Origin: an uncultured Piscirickettsiaceae bacterium
Lineage (GTDB): Bacteria > Pseudomonadota > Gammaproteobacteria > GCF-002020875
Reading direction: 5' to 3'
NCBI GenBank assembly: GCA_964415865.1
Contig: CAYQBY010000001.1
Location: forward strand, 26,277-90,276
DNA length: 64,000 nt
Positions 19,277-31,700 of the stretch are shown here, piece after piece; the stretch's first letter is position 1, and each line of letters begins with the position of its first letter. Below the pieces are notes generated by a model. The model ran no database searches. It saw nothing but the letters and a program-made list of their open reading frames with translations, and had not been told where the DNA came from. The translations under genes were made by a program, and so were the position numbers.

Positions 19277-20481
19277 TGGGGATAGGAGACCAGCAGGGGG
19301 TAACAGTGCTGGGTGCAACTGGATCCATAGGTAGAAGCACTCTTGATGTGCTCTCTCGCCACCCAGATAAATACCGTGTTGTTGCACTTACTGCACATAA
19401 GCAGGTTGATCTACTTGCAGAGCAGTGCAGAAAATTTCATCCTGAGTTTGCAGTAGTAACCGAGGCAGGCAATGCAGACAAATTGTCACGAATATTGTCT
19501 GATATTAGCCCGGATACAGAGGTTTTATCCGGCATCGAGGGGATGGAGAGGGTTGCAGCAGACTCATCGGTTGATCAGGTGATGGCTGCAATTGTGGGGG
19601 CAGCTGGGTTGCGCCCAACAATGGCTGCTGTACGTGCAGGTAAGCGTATCTTGCTGGCTAATAAAGAGTCACTGGTAATGACCGGACATCTTTTTATGAA
19701 TGAGGTTGCAGCTAGTGGTGCCAGATTGTTACCGATTGATAGTGAGCACAATGCTATTTTTCAGTGTTTACCAGAGCAGGCAACATTGGGAGCGTTTTCA
19801 GATGGAGTTGAGAGAATATTATTAACTGGTTCCGGTGGTCCGTTTCGTAATCGTGCACCAGATACACTCTCAGAAGTAACGCCAGAGGAGGCGATTGCCC
19901 ATCCAAACTGGAGCATGGGCAGAAAGATCTCTGTCGACTCTGCAACCATGATGAACAAGGGGCTTGAGTTTATTGAGGCTTGTTGGCTCTTTGGAGCTAC
20001 GCCAGATCAGGTTCAGGTAGTGCTACATCCGGAGAGCATAATCCACTCCATGGTGCAGTATAGTGACGGCTCTGTTTTGGCCCAGATGGGAAATCCAGAT
20101 ATGAGAACCCCAATTGCACATGCGCTCGGATGGCCAGAGAGAATTGAGTCTGGGGTGGAGAACCTGGATCTGTTTGAGGTTGCACAGCTGAACTTTGAAA
20201 AACCGGACTTTGACCGTTATCCATGTCTTCGACTATCAATTGAGGCAATGAGGCGAGGGGATAGTGCAACTACTGTGCTTAATGCCTCCAATGAGGTTGC
20301 AGTGGATGCTTTTCTGAACGGTAAGATTGGATATATGGAGATTGCAGATGTTATTGAGGAGACTCTCGGTAGTGTGAGTGTGGAAAAGGTAACGAATCTG
20401 GATATGGTGCTTGCGAAGGATAGTGAGTCACGCCTGGTGGCTGTTGAACAGGTCAAGAAACGGCACTCAATAAATGGATAG
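19276..20481 (+). CDS. dxr: 1-deoxy-D-xylulose 5-phosphate reductoisomerase
   Basis: [22 protein letters not shown] motif; collinear with E. coli Dxr; ATG 19276 (GTG 19273 alternative). Confidence 0.95.
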   Translation: MGIGDQQGVTVLGATGSIGRSTLDVLSRHPDKYRVVALTAHKQVDLLAEQCRKFHPEFAVVTEAGNADKLSRILSDISPDTEVLSGIEGMERVAADSSVDQVMAAIVGAAGLRPTMAAVRAGKRILLANKESLVMTGHLFMNEVAASGARLLPIDSEHNAIFQCLPEQATLGAFSDGVERILLTGSGGPFRNRAPDTLSEVTPEEAIAHPNWSMGRKISVDSATMMNKGLEFIEACWLFGATPDQVQVVLHPESIIHSMVQYSDGSVLAQMGNPDMRTPIAHALGWPERIESGVENLDLFEVAQLNFEKPDFDRYPCLRLSIEAMRRGDSATTVLNASNEVAVDAFLNGKIGYMEIADVIEETLGSVSVEKVTNLDMVLAKDSESRLVAVEQVKKRHSING

Positions 20482-20496
20482 CAGAGGACAGTAGAT

Positions 20497-21858
20497 ATGG
20501 GTTCTGGATTGTATGCTCTACTGGCTTTCATTGTCGCTATCGGGATTTTGGTAACCGTGCATGAGTTCGGCCATTTTTGGGTGGCTCGTCGTGTAGGGGT
20601 GAAGGTGCTACGTTTTTCTGTCGGGTTTGGACGCCCTTTATGGAAGCGAATCGGGAAGCATGATGGCACAGAATATGTGGTTGCTGCACTGCCACTTGGT
20701 GGTTACGTAAAGATGCTGGGTGAAAATGGGGATGAAGAGGTTCGGGAGTCAGAAAAAGAGCGTTCTTTTGATCATCAGACACTTGGGGCACGCTCAGCTA
20801 TTGTGATTGCGGGACCACTATTTAATTTTATATTTGCAATCTTTGCATTTGCTGCAGTGCAGATGATTGGTGTTAGTGGGATGAAGCCAGTGGTAGGTGA
20901 GGTGGTTGAAAATTCAGTCTCCTATTCTTCAGGTCTGGAGAGCGGGGATGAGATTGTTGCTGTTAATGGTGCTCCGGTAAGAATTTGGCAGGAGGCACTG
21001 GAGGGGATTCTCGGATCAGTTGTGGTAGGGGATCAAATTATTCTTGAAGTTGTTGCCCCGTCTGGTGTTGTTAAGCAGAGATTACTGAAAAACCCTTTTG
21101 GAGAGGATATTCCTGAGGGTATGGAGTTGCTGGAGCAGCTTGGGTTTACTATGCACCGTCCACCTGTGCCGCCAAGAATTGGTGAATTGGTATCCGGCGG
21201 GGCTGCACAACAGGCTGGATTGGAGGCTGGTGATCTGATATTAACAGTTGATGACGAGACTGTTTTGTCATGGCAGGAGTGGGTTGGATGGATACAAGAT
21301 AATCCAGAGCGCCCGCTTGTGTTGACCATAGAACGCGATGAGGTGGTATTTCCATTGACGTTAATTCCTGCGGCGGTTGAGGTAGAGCGAAAAATTATAG
21401 GCCGAATTGGCGCATCTGTAGATCTCACCAGATATCGTCAGGAATATTATAGAGAGGTCAGGTACGGTCCACTTGATGCGTTGGTGCGCGGGGCAGAAAA
21501 AAGTTGGGAGATGGCGTCTATGACTATCCAGGTGATGGGTCGTATGGTAGCTGGTACTACCTCTACTGATGGGCTCAGCGGTCCTATCAGCATTGCCCGT
21601 TATGCTGGAGATTCCATGGAGAGTGGTATCATCCCATTTCTCTCCTTTCTTGGATTGGTCAGTCTTAGTCTTGGCGTATTGAATCTGTTGCCGGTTCCCA
21701 TGCTGGATGGAGGACATCTGTTCTATTATCTTGCAGAGTGGATACGTGGGGAGCCTCTTTCTGAGAGGGTAATGGTGATGGGGCAGCGAGTGGGAATTGT
21801 ATTTCTGGTTGGATTGATGTCGTTGGCACTATACAATGATCTGCTACGTTTAATGTGA
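20497..21858 (+). CDS. rseP: Regulator of sigma-E protease RseP (site-2 zinc metalloprotease with PDZ domains)
   Basis: HEFGHF motif, PDZ region, 453 aa, precedes bamA. Confidence 0.9.
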   Translation: MGSGLYALLAFIVAIGILVTVHEFGHFWVARRVGVKVLRFSVGFGRPLWKRIGKHDGTEYVVAALPLGGYVKMLGENGDEEVRESEKERSFDHQTLGARSAIVIAGPLFNFIFAIFAFAAVQMIGVSGMKPVVGEVVENSVSYSSGLESGDEIVAVNGAPVRIWQEALEGILGSVVVGDQIILEVVAPSGVVKQRLLKNPFGEDIPEGMELLEQLGFTMHRPPVPPRIGELVSGGAAQQAGLEAGDLILTVDDETVLSWQEWVGWIQDNPERPLVLTIERDEVVFPLTLIPAAVEVERKIIGRIGASVDLTRYRQEYYREVRYGPLDALVRGAEKSWEMASMTIQVMGRMVAGTTSTDGLSGPISIARYAGDSMESGIIPFLSFLGLVSLSLGVLNLLPVPMLDGGHLFYYLAEWIRGEPLSERVMVMGQRVGIVFLVGLMSLALYNDLLRLM

Positions 21859-21893
21859 TCTGTTTAGGAAGTAGGCAACAAAGCTCTGTAATT

Positions 21894-24167
21894 ATGCAAC
21901 GTATTGTTTTTTCTGTATTTATTCTGTTTTATTCGCTCTCGTCATGGGCCTTTTCTCCATTTGTGATAGAGGATATACGGGTAGAGGGATTGCAAAGAAT
22001 CGCTGCGGGCACTGTATTTAATTATCTGCCACTGAATGTTGGGGATGAACTGACATCACGTAGATCTGCAGATGCTGTCAAAGCGCTATTTAAAACAGGT
22101 TTCTTCAAGGATGTTCGTCTCGAGCAGGAGGGTAATGTTCTGTTGGTTTCCGTTATTGAGCGTCCTGCAATTGCAGATATCACGATTGATGGCAATAAGG
22201 TTATAAAAACCGAAGATCTCAAAGAGGGGTTGAAGGGAATTGGTCTGGCTGAGGGAAGGGTTCTTGATCGTGCGCTGCTGGATAAAATTGAGGCGGAACT
22301 TCGTAGGCAATATCTTGGCATGGGACGTTATGGGGTTGAGGTTGAAACCACTATTACCCCACTGGAACGCAACCGCTCTGCAGTCAGAATTGAGGTTACA
22401 GAGGGGGAGAGTGCACGTATTAGTCAGATCACACTGATTGGAAATCGAGCGTTTGAGACAGATGATCTGAGAGATCTATTCCAGCTCAATACAGGAAACT
22501 GGCTCTCTTTCTTTACCAAGAGTGACCGTTACTCCCGTCAAAAGCTTACGGGCGACCTGGAGACGTTGCGTTCCTGGTATATGGACCGGGGTTTTATCAA
22601 CTTTGAGATTGATTCAGCTCAGGTCTCAATTACTCCTGATCGACAGCAGATATATATAACCATCAACATGAATGAGGGAGAGAGATTTACCGTGGGGAAG
22701 GTCGAGTTGGCCGGTAATATGGTAGTGTCCCGGGAGGAGTTGCAGGAGCTGGTCTCTGTTAATGAGGGGGAAGTTTTTTCCCGTAAGGGGATAGCCAAAG
22801 TGAATGAGGCACTTACCAATCGTCTCGGTGAGGATGGTTATGCCTTTGCCAATATCAATGTGATTCCTGAGCTGAATGAAGAGGGTCATCTGGTAGATTT
22901 AATTTTCTTTGTTGACCCAGGTAATCGTGTATATGTTGATCGAATCAATATTGTGGGTAATACCAAAACTCAGGACGTGGTTATTCGTCGTGAGATGCGT
23001 CAGTACGAAGGCAGTAGATTTTCCAATAAAGAGGTAGAGCGATCTCAGACCAGAATTCGCAAGCTAGGTTATTTTGAGGATGTTACGGTAGATACAGTGC
23101 CTGTGGCTGGAACTACAGATCAGGTGGAGTTGAATTACCAGGTTAAGGAGAATCCCACAGGAAGTATGATGATTGGTGCTGGTTATTCTCAAACTGATGG
23201 AATGGTCATGAGTTTGAATCTTCAGCAAAATAACTTTATGGGTTCTGGCAAGAGTGTAGATGTTGAGTTTAACAACAGCAGCAATGAGAGTGCTTATGGT
23301 CTAGGATACAGAGACCCCTATTTTACTGAGGATGGAATTAGTTTGGGAGGTGGAATTCACTACAAAGAGAGGGATTCATCAGAGGAACAAAGTGCATATA
23401 GCTATGATTCAATGAGCATGAACTTTGATTTGGGGCTACCAACCAGTGAGTATGATAAACTTTTTGTCGGATTTGAGCCGCAACATATGAGTGATACCAC
23501 TTGTGGAACATCATCAACAAGTAGTGAATGTGATACTTTCCTGGCTGCTGAGGGGAGCTCATTTAACGTGCTTGAATTCTCTGCCAGCTGGAGTCGAGAC
23601 AGCCGTAACAGATCAGTATTCCCCGATAAAGGAAGCTATCAGCGCTTTAAGGCAGAGCTAGGTGCTCCTGGTGGTATTGAGTACTACAAGGCTGACTACA
23701 GACATAGCTTCTTCTATCCTCTATCTGAAGATTACACCATGTTGCTGAAAGGAGATCTCGGTATTGGTGATGGTTATGGTGACCAGAATACATTGCCATT
23801 TTTCACCCGTTACTACACAGGTGGTGAGGGATCAATTCGTGGCTTTAAGGGTAACTCGGTAGGCCCAACAGACTCAGCAGGAAATGCTGTTGGTGGAAAT
23901 CTGAAAGGAGTTGCAAATGCAGAGGTTATTCTTCCAGTTCCTTTTCTTGAGGATGTGAAGTCGACCAGAGTTAGTGGTTTTGTGGATTTGGGAACTGTTG
24001 CAAAGAAGGCTAGTGATTTGAGTGGTGAGCTGCGTGCATCTGCAGGGGTAACTGCAAAGTGGCTCTCTCCGGTTGGTCCAATGACATTCAGTTGGGCAAA
24101 GCCGTTGAGAAAGAAGTCTGGGGATGATCTTGAATCATTCCAGTTCAGGTTAGGGCAGATGTTCTAG
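21894..24167 (+). CDS. bamA: Outer membrane protein assembly factor BamA
   Basis: Signal peptide MQRIVFSVFILFYSLSSWAFSP, five POTRA repeats, C-terminal beta-barrel ending ...RLGQMF. Confidence 0.9.
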   Translation: MQRIVFSVFILFYSLSSWAFSPFVIEDIRVEGLQRIAAGTVFNYLPLNVGDELTSRRSADAVKALFKTGFFKDVRLEQEGNVLLVSVIERPAIADITIDGNKVIKTEDLKEGLKGIGLAEGRVLDRALLDKIEAELRRQYLGMGRYGVEVETTITPLERNRSAVRIEVTEGESARISQITLIGNRAFETDDLRDLFQLNTGNWLSFFTKSDRYSRQKLTGDLETLRSWYMDRGFINFEIDSAQVSITPDRQQIYITINMNEGERFTVGKVELAGNMVVSREELQELVSVNEGEVFSRKGIAKVNEALTNRLGEDGYAFANINVIPELNEEGHLVDLIFFVDPGNRVYVDRINIVGNTKTQDVVIRREMRQYEGSRFSNKEVERSQTRIRKLGYFEDVTVDTVPVAGTTDQVELNYQVKENPTGSMMIGAGYSQTDGMVMSLNLQQNNFMGSGKSVDVEFNNSSNESAYGLGYRDPYFTEDGISLGGGIHYKERDSSEEQSAYSYDSMSMNFDLGLPTSEYDKLFVGFEPQHMSDTTCGTSSTSSECDTFLAAEGSSFNVLEFSASWSRDSRNRSVFPDKGSYQRFKAELGAPGGIEYYKADYRHSFFYPLSEDYTMLLKGDLGIGDGYGDQNTLPFFTRYYTGGEGSIRGFKGNSVGPTDSAGNAVGGNLKGVANAEVILPVPFLEDVKSTRVSGFVDLGTVAKKASDLSGELRASAGVTAKWLSPVGPMTFSWAKPLRKKSGDDLESFQFRLGQMF

Positions 24168-24188
24168 GAATTGTTTCAGGGGGTGAAT

Positions 24189-24725
24189 ATGAGAAAAATC
24201 ATAACTGTTTGTATGGCGCTACTATTTACGGTGTCCAATGTTTATGCAGAGGGAAGCAGGATTGGGTTTGTAAATATCAATCTGTTGCTGCAAAAAGCAC
24301 CTCAGGCACTGGAGGCAACTAAACGGCTGGAAGAGGCGTTTGGTAACAGAAAGGCGGAGATTCTCGGTTTTCAGAAGAGCTGCAAGGAGATGGAAGGAGA
24401 GCTGGAGCGTGAGGAGGCTGCGCTCAGCAAACAGCAGAGACAGAGAAGACTTCTGAGGATCCGTTCATGTGGCAGTGAACTTAAATTGATGGATGAGGAG
24501 TATGGCGCGGATCTGCGCATAGCACAGGCAGAGGAGTTACAAAAGTTACAAAAGCTTGTATTTAAAATGGTGGATCGGGTTGCAAAGGATGAGCAGTTTG
24601 ATCTTGTGGTTAATGAGGCAGTGATCTTTGCTTCACCTCGTGTTGATATATCACGTACCGTATTGAATGCCCTGAAGTCTATATCAGATGGTGGTAATGG
24701 CCTATCTGTGGAGTCTACAAAGTAA
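24189..24725 (+). CDS. skp: Periplasmic chaperone Skp (OmpH)
   Basis: Signal peptide MRKIITVCMALLFTVSNVYA, coiled-coil 178 aa, between bamA and lpxD. Confidence 0.85.
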   Translation: MRKIITVCMALLFTVSNVYAEGSRIGFVNINLLLQKAPQALEATKRLEEAFGNRKAEILGFQKSCKEMEGELEREEAALSKQQRQRRLLRIRSCGSELKLMDEEYGADLRIAQAEELQKLQKLVFKMVDRVAKDEQFDLVVNEAVIFASPRVDISRTVLNALKSISDGGNGLSVESTK

Positions 24726-24737
24726 CGGTATAGCTCT

Positions 24738-25796
24738 ATGAAAAAAACTCTGGGGGAAATTGCAGAGCTTATTGGGGCAGATATTGTTGGCGACCCTGAT
24801 GTCATTATTGATGGGATTGCACCTTTGAGCAGTGCAAACGGTAATCAGATTTCATTTCTCTCCTCAGATAAGTTTCACTCTCAACTATCTTCAACACAGG
24901 CTGCTGCGGTTATTCTTGGTCGTGATATAGAGGATCAGTTTGATGGAAATCAACTGTTGGTTGATGATCCATATCTTGGGTATGCAAAGGTTACATCTCT
25001 GCTCAATCCATTTATTTTCAGGAAGAAGGGTAGATCATCATCTTCCACTATTCATGCAACAGCATCTGTTGGAGACGGAGGGTGGATTGATCCGCAATGC
25101 GTGGTAATGGATGAGGTTGAGATTGGGGAATCTGTTTTTATTGGTGCAGGAACTGTTATTGGAACAGGGTGCAGAATTGGTAGAGGTAGCCGTTTGATGG
25201 CAAATGTCTCACTGATGACAGGCACTGTGATCGGAGAGGACTGTATTATCCATCCAGGTGCAGTACTGGGGAGCGATGGTTTTGGTTTTGCCAATGAGCA
25301 AGGTAAATGGGTCAAAATTCCTCAACTTGGAAGAGTGATTGTTGGGGACAGGGTTGAGATTGGCGCAAACAGCACTATCGATCGTGGAGCTCTGGAAGAT
25401 ACGGTTATTGAGAGTGGGGTCAAGATCGATAATTTGGTCCATATTGCCCATAATGTGCGAATTGGTGAAGATAGTGCGATGGCTGCCATGGTTGGTATTG
25501 CAGGCAGTACAGCAATAGGATCCGGGTGTACATTTGGGGGGCAAGCTGGTGTGGTGGGGCATCTTGAGATTGTTGATGGCACACACTGTACAGCGAGAAC
25601 ATTGATTACCAGGTCAATAAGTGAACCTGGTCTCTATTCATCGGCTACACCAGCAGACCCAAACCGAAAATGGCGTAGAAATATTGTGCAGTTCAGGAAT
25701 CTGGATAAATCGATAAAAAAGTTACGTGGCCTGGTTTCACAATTGAAGGAGCTGGAAAACAGAATTGAACTAATGGAAGAAGGAAAAGAGAAATGA
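24738..25796 (+). CDS. lpxD: UDP-3-O-(3-hydroxyacyl)glucosamine N-acyltransferase
   Basis: Left-handed beta-helix hexapeptide repeats, 352 aa, synteny. Confidence 0.95.
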   Translation: MKKTLGEIAELIGADIVGDPDVIIDGIAPLSSANGNQISFLSSDKFHSQLSSTQAAAVILGRDIEDQFDGNQLLVDDPYLGYAKVTSLLNPFIFRKKGRSSSSTIHATASVGDGGWIDPQCVVMDEVEIGESVFIGAGTVIGTGCRIGRGSRLMANVSLMTGTVIGEDCIIHPGAVLGSDGFGFANEQGKWVKIPQLGRVIVGDRVEIGANSTIDRGALEDTVIESGVKIDNLVHIAHNVRIGEDSAMAAMVGIAGSTAIGSGCTFGGQAGVVGHLEIVDGTHCTARTLITRSISEPGLYSSATPADPNRKWRRNIVQFRNLDKSIKKLRGLVSQLKELENRIELMEEGKEK

Positions 25797-26242
25797 CTCA
25801 AATGGATATTAATGAGGTAATGAAGCATCTGCCGCATCGCTACCCTTTTCTACTGGTTGACAGGGTGCTTGAATTTGAAACAGGAAAGAGTCTTCGTGCA
25901 ATAAAAAATGTAACCATCAATGAACCATTCTTTCAGGGGCACTTTCCTCATGTTCCGGTAATGCCGGGCGTGTTGATTATGGAGGCACTGGCACAGGCAA
26001 CGGGAATACTATCCTTTAAAACTACGGGTAATCTCCCTACAGATAAGTCACTCTACTATTTTGTGGGAATAGACAAGGCACGTTTTCGCAAACCGGTAGA
26101 GCCTGGTGATCAATTGATTCTTGAGGTTGAGCTGGAACGCAGAATTCGTGATATATGGAAATTCAAGGGAACTGCCAGTGTAAATGGTGAAGTGGTAGCC
26201 AGCGCCAATCTGATGTGTGCAGAGAAAGAACTGGAGTCGTGA
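25793..26242 (+). CDS. fabZ: 3-hydroxyacyl-ACP dehydratase FabZ
   Basis: Hotdog fold, [18 protein letters not shown] motif; ATGA overlap with lpxD. Confidence 0.95.
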   Translation: MTQMDINEVMKHLPHRYPFLLVDRVLEFETGKSLRAIKNVTINEPFFQGHFPHVPVMPGVLIMEALAQATGILSFKTTGNLPTDKSLYYFVGIDKARFRKPVEPGDQLILEVELERRIRDIWKFKGTASVNGEVVASANLMCAEKELES

Positions 26243-27018
26243 TTCACCCAACGGCGATAATAGATGAATCAGCAACAGTTGCTGCTGGAGTGGAGATTGG
26301 CCCATACTCAATCATAGGTGCTGATGTGAAAATTGGCAGTGGAACCAGGGTTGAGTCTCATGTGGTAATCAAGGGACCTACAACTATAGGTGAGAACAAC
26401 CACTTTTTTCAATTCTCTTCCATTGGTGAGGATCCGCAGGATCTGAAGTATCATGGTGAGCCTACCCTGTTAGAGATAGGTGATAACAATACATTTCGTG
26501 AGTGCTGTACAGTAAATCGTGGAACGGTTGGAGGTGGTGGGGTAACCAGGATTGGAGATCATAATCTGATCATGGCATACGTACATATTGCCCATGACTG
26601 TATTATCAATAATCATGTAATCCTGGTGAATAATGCATCATTGGCCGGACATGTTGTTGTCCATGACCATGTGATTCTTGGCGGATTCACCTTGGTCAGC
26701 CAATTTATTACTATCGGTTCATACGCCTTTTCCACCATGGGAAGTGCAATTAACAAGAATATCCCACCATACATTCTGGTGTCTGGGAATCTGGCCAGGC
26801 CTGTTAGTCTTAATCTTGTTGGGCTTAAAAGAAAAGGGTTTGATGGTGAGTCACGCAAGGCTATAAAGCAGGCCTTCAAGAAAATGTTTCACTCGCATGA
26901 CTCTCTTCCAGAGGTAATAAAGGAGGTTGCTGAATTATCTAAACAACATCCTGAATTAGCAATATTTTACGACTTCATTAAAGAGCATAGCGAGAGCAAG
27001 AATGGCGTGATTCGCTAA
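26215..27018 (+). CDS. lpxA: Acyl-ACP--UDP-N-acetylglucosamine O-acyltransferase
   Basis: Hexapeptide repeats; collinear with E. coli LpxA; start either ATG 26215 (28-nt overlap with fabZ) or GTG 26239. Confidence 0.9.
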   Translation: MCRERTGVVIHPTAIIDESATVAAGVEIGPYSIIGADVKIGSGTRVESHVVIKGPTTIGENNHFFQFSSIGEDPQDLKYHGEPTLLEIGDNNTFRECCTVNRGTVGGGGVTRIGDHNLIMAYVHIAHDCIINNHVILVNNASLAGHVVVHDHVILGGFTLVSQFITIGSYAFSTMGSAINKNIPPYILVSGNLARPVSLNLVGLKRKGFDGESRKAIKQAFKKMFHSHDSLPEVIKEVAELSKQHPELAIFYDFIKEHSESKNGVIR

Positions 27019-28157
27019 TGACCGCATACCGCATTATGATGGTTGCAGGGGAGCCATCAGGTGATCTTCATGCAGCACGTTTGTTGCGACAACTAAATCG
27101 ACGAGAGTCTACTTTTCACTATTATGGAATTGGTGGAAAGCGGATGCAGCAACAGGGTTTTGATGCGGTTGTCGGGATTGAGCAGATGGCGGTCATGGGG
27201 TTGGTAGAGATATTACGCCACTTTCCATATATCTATGGGGTGCTTGGAAAGATGCGTGCCCTGTTGAAAACAGACCCACCTGATCTATTGATTCTGGTCG
27301 ACTATCCTGGTTTCAATCTGTTGTTGGCAAAGAGCGCCAAAAAACTGGGAATAAAGGTGCTCTATTACATAAGTCCGAAAATCTGGGTATGGAGAGCAGG
27401 TAGAGTTAAAAAAATTGCTCGAAGAGTAGATAGAATGGCTCTGATCTTTCCTTTTGAACTGCCCTATTACGAAAGAGCAGGAGTGGATGCGACCTATGTT
27501 GGCCATCCGCTGGTTGGTAAGGTAAGTATAAGCAATAGTGTTGAAGAGGCACGGTTGAAGGTTGGGCTTGATCCTGAAACAAGAACTGTTGGGCTGTTCC
27601 CCGGTAGTCGTCAAGGGGAGGTTCAGCAATTGTTGCCCGAGTTGCTGAAGACAGCACAAGAGATGTATCTGCACAATAGAGATATCCAGTTTGTGATTTC
27701 TCAGGCCTCAGAGTTGCCGTCATCACTATTCTCCGAGACTGAATTACTAGAGGAAATTCCTCTAACCATAGTGAAGGGTGATGTGCATACTGTGATTCGT
27801 AGTTGTGATGCCATTGTCACAGCATCGGGAACAGTAACCCTGGAAATGGCTCTGCTTGAGGTTCCGATGGTCGTAATTTATCGTGTCTCACCAGTTAGTT
27901 ACTGGTTGTTAACTCATCTTATCAAGACAGAATATATATCACTGGTAAACATTGTGGCAGAACGAGAGGTAGTTCCGGAGTTACTTCAGGAGACAGCATC
28001 TGCACACTCCATTACTCCTAACCTTTTAGCCATGCTAGATGACCAGGAAAAGAGAGAGAAGGTGGTAAGTGGACTGAGGGATGTAAAGAGTCGTTTGGGC
28101 AATGGTGATTCAGCTGACAAACTGGCAGATATGGTTGAGGAGATGCTGCATGAGTAA
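27018..28157 (+). CDS. lpxB: Lipid-A-disaccharide synthase
   Basis: 379 aa, GT19 family, TAATG coupling to lpxA. Confidence 0.9.
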   Translation: MTAYRIMMVAGEPSGDLHAARLLRQLNRRESTFHYYGIGGKRMQQQGFDAVVGIEQMAVMGLVEILRHFPYIYGVLGKMRALLKTDPPDLLILVDYPGFNLLLAKSAKKLGIKVLYYISPKIWVWRAGRVKKIARRVDRMALIFPFELPYYERAGVDATYVGHPLVGKVSISNSVEEARLKVGLDPETRTVGLFPGSRQGEVQQLLPELLKTAQEMYLHNRDIQFVISQASELPSSLFSETELLEEIPLTIVKGDVHTVIRSCDAIVTASGTVTLEMALLEVPMVVIYRVSPVSYWLLTHLIKTEYISLVNIVAEREVVPELLQETASAHSITPNLLAMLDDQEKREKVVSGLRDVKSRLGNGDSADKLADMVEEMLHE

Positions 28158-28734
28158 CAGTGATGCAGAATTGGTTGCAGGGGTTGATGAGGTGGGGAGA
28201 GGACCTCTGGCGGGCCCTGTGGTTGCTGCAGCTGTCGTATTACAGCAGGGGCATGGAATCAGAGGCCTTGCAGACTCAAAAAAACTGACTCCAAAGCGGA
28301 GAGAGGAGCTCTCTGAACAGATTATGGAGTGTGCCGTCAGCTGGTCGATCGCAGAGGCTAGCAGAGAGGAGATTGATCAAATCAATATTCTTCATGCATC
28401 TCTGTTGGCTATGAGACGTGCTGTCGAGAATCTGCAGTGCGATCTCTCCCTGGTGTTGGTTGATGGAAATCGTATTCCTCAAGGGTTAACCATGGACGCA
28501 GAGGCAATTGTTGGAGGGGATGCCAAGGTTGAGTCAATTAGTGCAGCCTCCATTCTGGCAAAAGTGGCACGAGATCGAATGATGGTGGAGCTACACCAAT
28601 ATCATCCCCAATATGGTTTCGATCGTCACAAGGGTTATCCAACAAAACAGCATCTTGAGGCCCTGAATCAGTATGGGGTACTGGATCAGCACCGCCGCTC
28701 TTTTGCACCAGTCAGAAAGGTGATGGGTCTGTAG
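28150..28734 (+). CDS. rnhB: Ribonuclease HII
   Basis: [25 protein letters not shown] canonical start; 8-nt overlap with lpxB. Confidence 0.9.
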   Translation: MSNSDAELVAGVDEVGRGPLAGPVVAAAVVLQQGHGIRGLADSKKLTPKRREELSEQIMECAVSWSIAEASREEIDQINILHASLLAMRRAVENLQCDLSLVLVDGNRIPQGLTMDAEAIVGGDAKVESISAASILAKVARDRMMVELHQYHPQYGFDRHKGYPTKQHLEALNQYGVLDQHRRSFAPVRKVMGL

Positions 28735-31700
28735 ATGTCATTTGTTCACCTGCGACTACATTCAGAGTACTCCATGGAGAATGGGCTTATCCGTATAGCT
28801 CCGTTGATGGAGGAGCTAAAGATTGGGGGGATGAGTGCTGTTGCAGTAACAGATCTGGGCAATATGTTTGCTACTGTAAAATTTTATCAGGCAGCAGTTG
28901 CAGCAGGGATTAAACCAATCATCGGGGCTGAGGTCAGGGTACGTCCTCTTGCGGAAGGTGGGGTAGAGTCGCGTCTTGTACTGTTGGCACAAGATAATCG
29001 TGGCTTCAAAAACCTTAAGACATTGATCTCTAAATCATACCTTGAGGGGCAGCATAGGGGAGTTCCTCAACTGGAGAGGACGTGGTTTGAAGGATGTACG
29101 GATGGGATGATTGCCCTTTCTGGTGGTCGTGGTGGAGATGTGGGGCAGGCATTGTTAGCCAAGGAAGAGGATGAGGCTGTTGGTCATCTGCAGCTGTGGA
29201 TGTCCCTGTTTCCAGGCCGATACTATCTGGAGCTGCAGAGAACAGCACGTAGTGGAGATGAAAACTGGAACCATGCAGCGATCACATTAGCAGAAAAATT
29301 TGAGTTACCTGTAGTAGCGACCAATGATGTCCACTTTCTTAATAAAGAAGAGTTTGATGCCCATGAGGCACGAGTATGTATCCATGATGGACGGGTTCTT
29401 GATGACCCTCGTCGTCCCAAACATTTTACAGTTGAACAATATCTTCGCTCAGCAGATGAGATGCAACAGCTGTTTGAGGATATCCCGGAAGCTATTGAAA
29501 ATAGCATAGAGATATCTAAACGATGTAACGTATCACTCTCGCTTGGCAATAACTATCTCCCCGATTTTCCAATCCCTGCAGGGTTGACCATCGAGCAATT
29601 CTTTCGGCAGGAGTCTGAGAAGGGGTTGGAGTGGAGACTTAAGCAGCTTTTCGATGAGCCATCGATTATTGAGAAACAGAGGTCCCTTTACGATGACCGG
29701 CTCAGAATCGAGCTGGATGTAATCAACGGGATGGGGTTTGCTGGTTATTTTCTGATTGTTGCTGACTTTATCCGCTGGACCAAGGAGCAGAATATTCCAG
29801 TGGGGCCTGGGCGTGGTTCTGGCGCTGGTTCCCTGGTGGCGTATGCACTGAAAATCACCGATCTCGATCCACTAAAGTATGAGTTGCTATTTGAGCGGTT
29901 CCTCAATCCTGAGCGGGTATCCATGCCTGACTTTGATGTTGATTTCTGTATGGATAGAAGGGATGAGGTTATTCGTTATGTTGCCGATACCTATGGGCAT
30001 GATCGAGTCTCTCAGATTATCACTTATGGACGGATGAACGCCAAGGCCGTCATAAGGGATGTTGGTCGTGTGCAGGGACATCCATACGGCATGGTTGATC
30101 GCATTGCCAAGCTGATTCCATTTGATCTCAAGATGACGTTGGAGAAGGCGCTGAATGAATCAGAAGAGCTGAGAGAGCGTTATGAGAGTGATGATGATGT
30201 AAAAGAGTTGATTGATCTGGCTCAGTCTCTGGAAGGAGTTGCCAGAAATGCAGGAAAACATGCGGGTGGAGTGGTGATATCACCATCTGATATTAATGAC
30301 TTTACCCCAGTCTATTGTGAAGAGAGCGGCTCAAGTCTGGTTACCCAATTTGACAAGGATGATGTAGAGGCTGTTGGATTAGTGAAGTTTGACTTCCTTG
30401 GACTGCGCACTCTCACCATTATTGATTGGGCTGTAGAGATGATCAATCGACAGCGCAAGGGAGAGGGAGGGGAGCCACTGTTGATCGAAAAGATTGATAT
30501 GGCAGATCAGGAAACCTTCAAGTTGCTACAGGCATGTCAGACTACAGCTGTTTTTCAGCTGGAATCATCTGGTATGAAGGAGTTGATTGGAAAGCTGCGT
30601 CCCGATAGCTTCGAGGATATTGTCGCCCTGGTTGCGCTTTATCGTCCTGGGCCGCTGGAGTCGGGAATGGTTGATAATTTCATTGATAGAAAACATGGGC
30701 GTGAGGTTGTCTCCTATCCAGATGCGAAATATCAGCATGATTCTCTAAAGACAATTCTGGAGCCAACCTACGGTGTCATTCTCTATCAAGAGCAGGTGAT
30801 GCAGATTGCACAGGTCTTGGCCGGTTACTCCCTTGGTGGCGCAGATCTGCTGCGTAGGGCTATGGGGAAAAAGAAGCCAGAGGAGATGGCAAAGCAACGT
30901 TCGATCTTTGAGAGCGGTGCTGTTGCCAATGGAATTGACAGTAAACTGGCAATGAAGATTTTTGACCTGGTAGAAAAGTTTGCCGGGTACGGATTCAATA
31001 AATCACACTCCGCAGCATATGCCCTGATCTCATATCAGACTGCATGGCTGAAGGCGCACTATTCCGCCCCTTTTATGGCGGCAGTGCTCTCTGCGGATAT
31101 GGATAACACAGACAAGGTGGTGACTCTGATAGAGGAGTGCCGTGTTATGCATTTGGATGTCCATTCACCTGACATCAATCGTAGTCACTTTCGATTCACA
31201 GTCTTTGACCATAAGGATGTGGTGTATGGCTTGGGTGCTATCAAAGGGGTTGGAGAGGCCGCAATTGAGGGGATTATTGAGGAGCGTGAGAGTAGCGGTG
31301 ATTATGTTGACCTATTCGATTTTTGTCGTCGTGTCGATCTTCGCAAGGCCAACAAGCGGGTGCTGGAATCATTAATTCGTGCTGGTGCATTTGATGAGGT
31401 TGTACCGCAGGTCGCAAGCATGGAGATATGGGACGGTCGTTCCACTCTGATGAATAGCTTGCCAGATGCAATGAAGGCAGCCGAACAACATGTTCGTGAC
31501 CAGGAGCGTGGACAGTGGGATCTATTTGGCGAGCAAGAGGATAGTAGCAATGGTGTCGATATAACCTATAACAAGGCTGCACCATGGTCAGAGAATGACA
31601 GATTAATTGGAGAGAGAGACACGCTTGGGCTGTACCTTACGGGTCATCCTATTGAACAGCATGAGGATGAGTTAGGCCACATGATCACTCAGAGCATTAG

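Noticed and set aside
24371-24805. 144-aa - strand ORF across skp/lpxD
   Set aside because: Antisense shadow ORF. Ser/Arg-rich.
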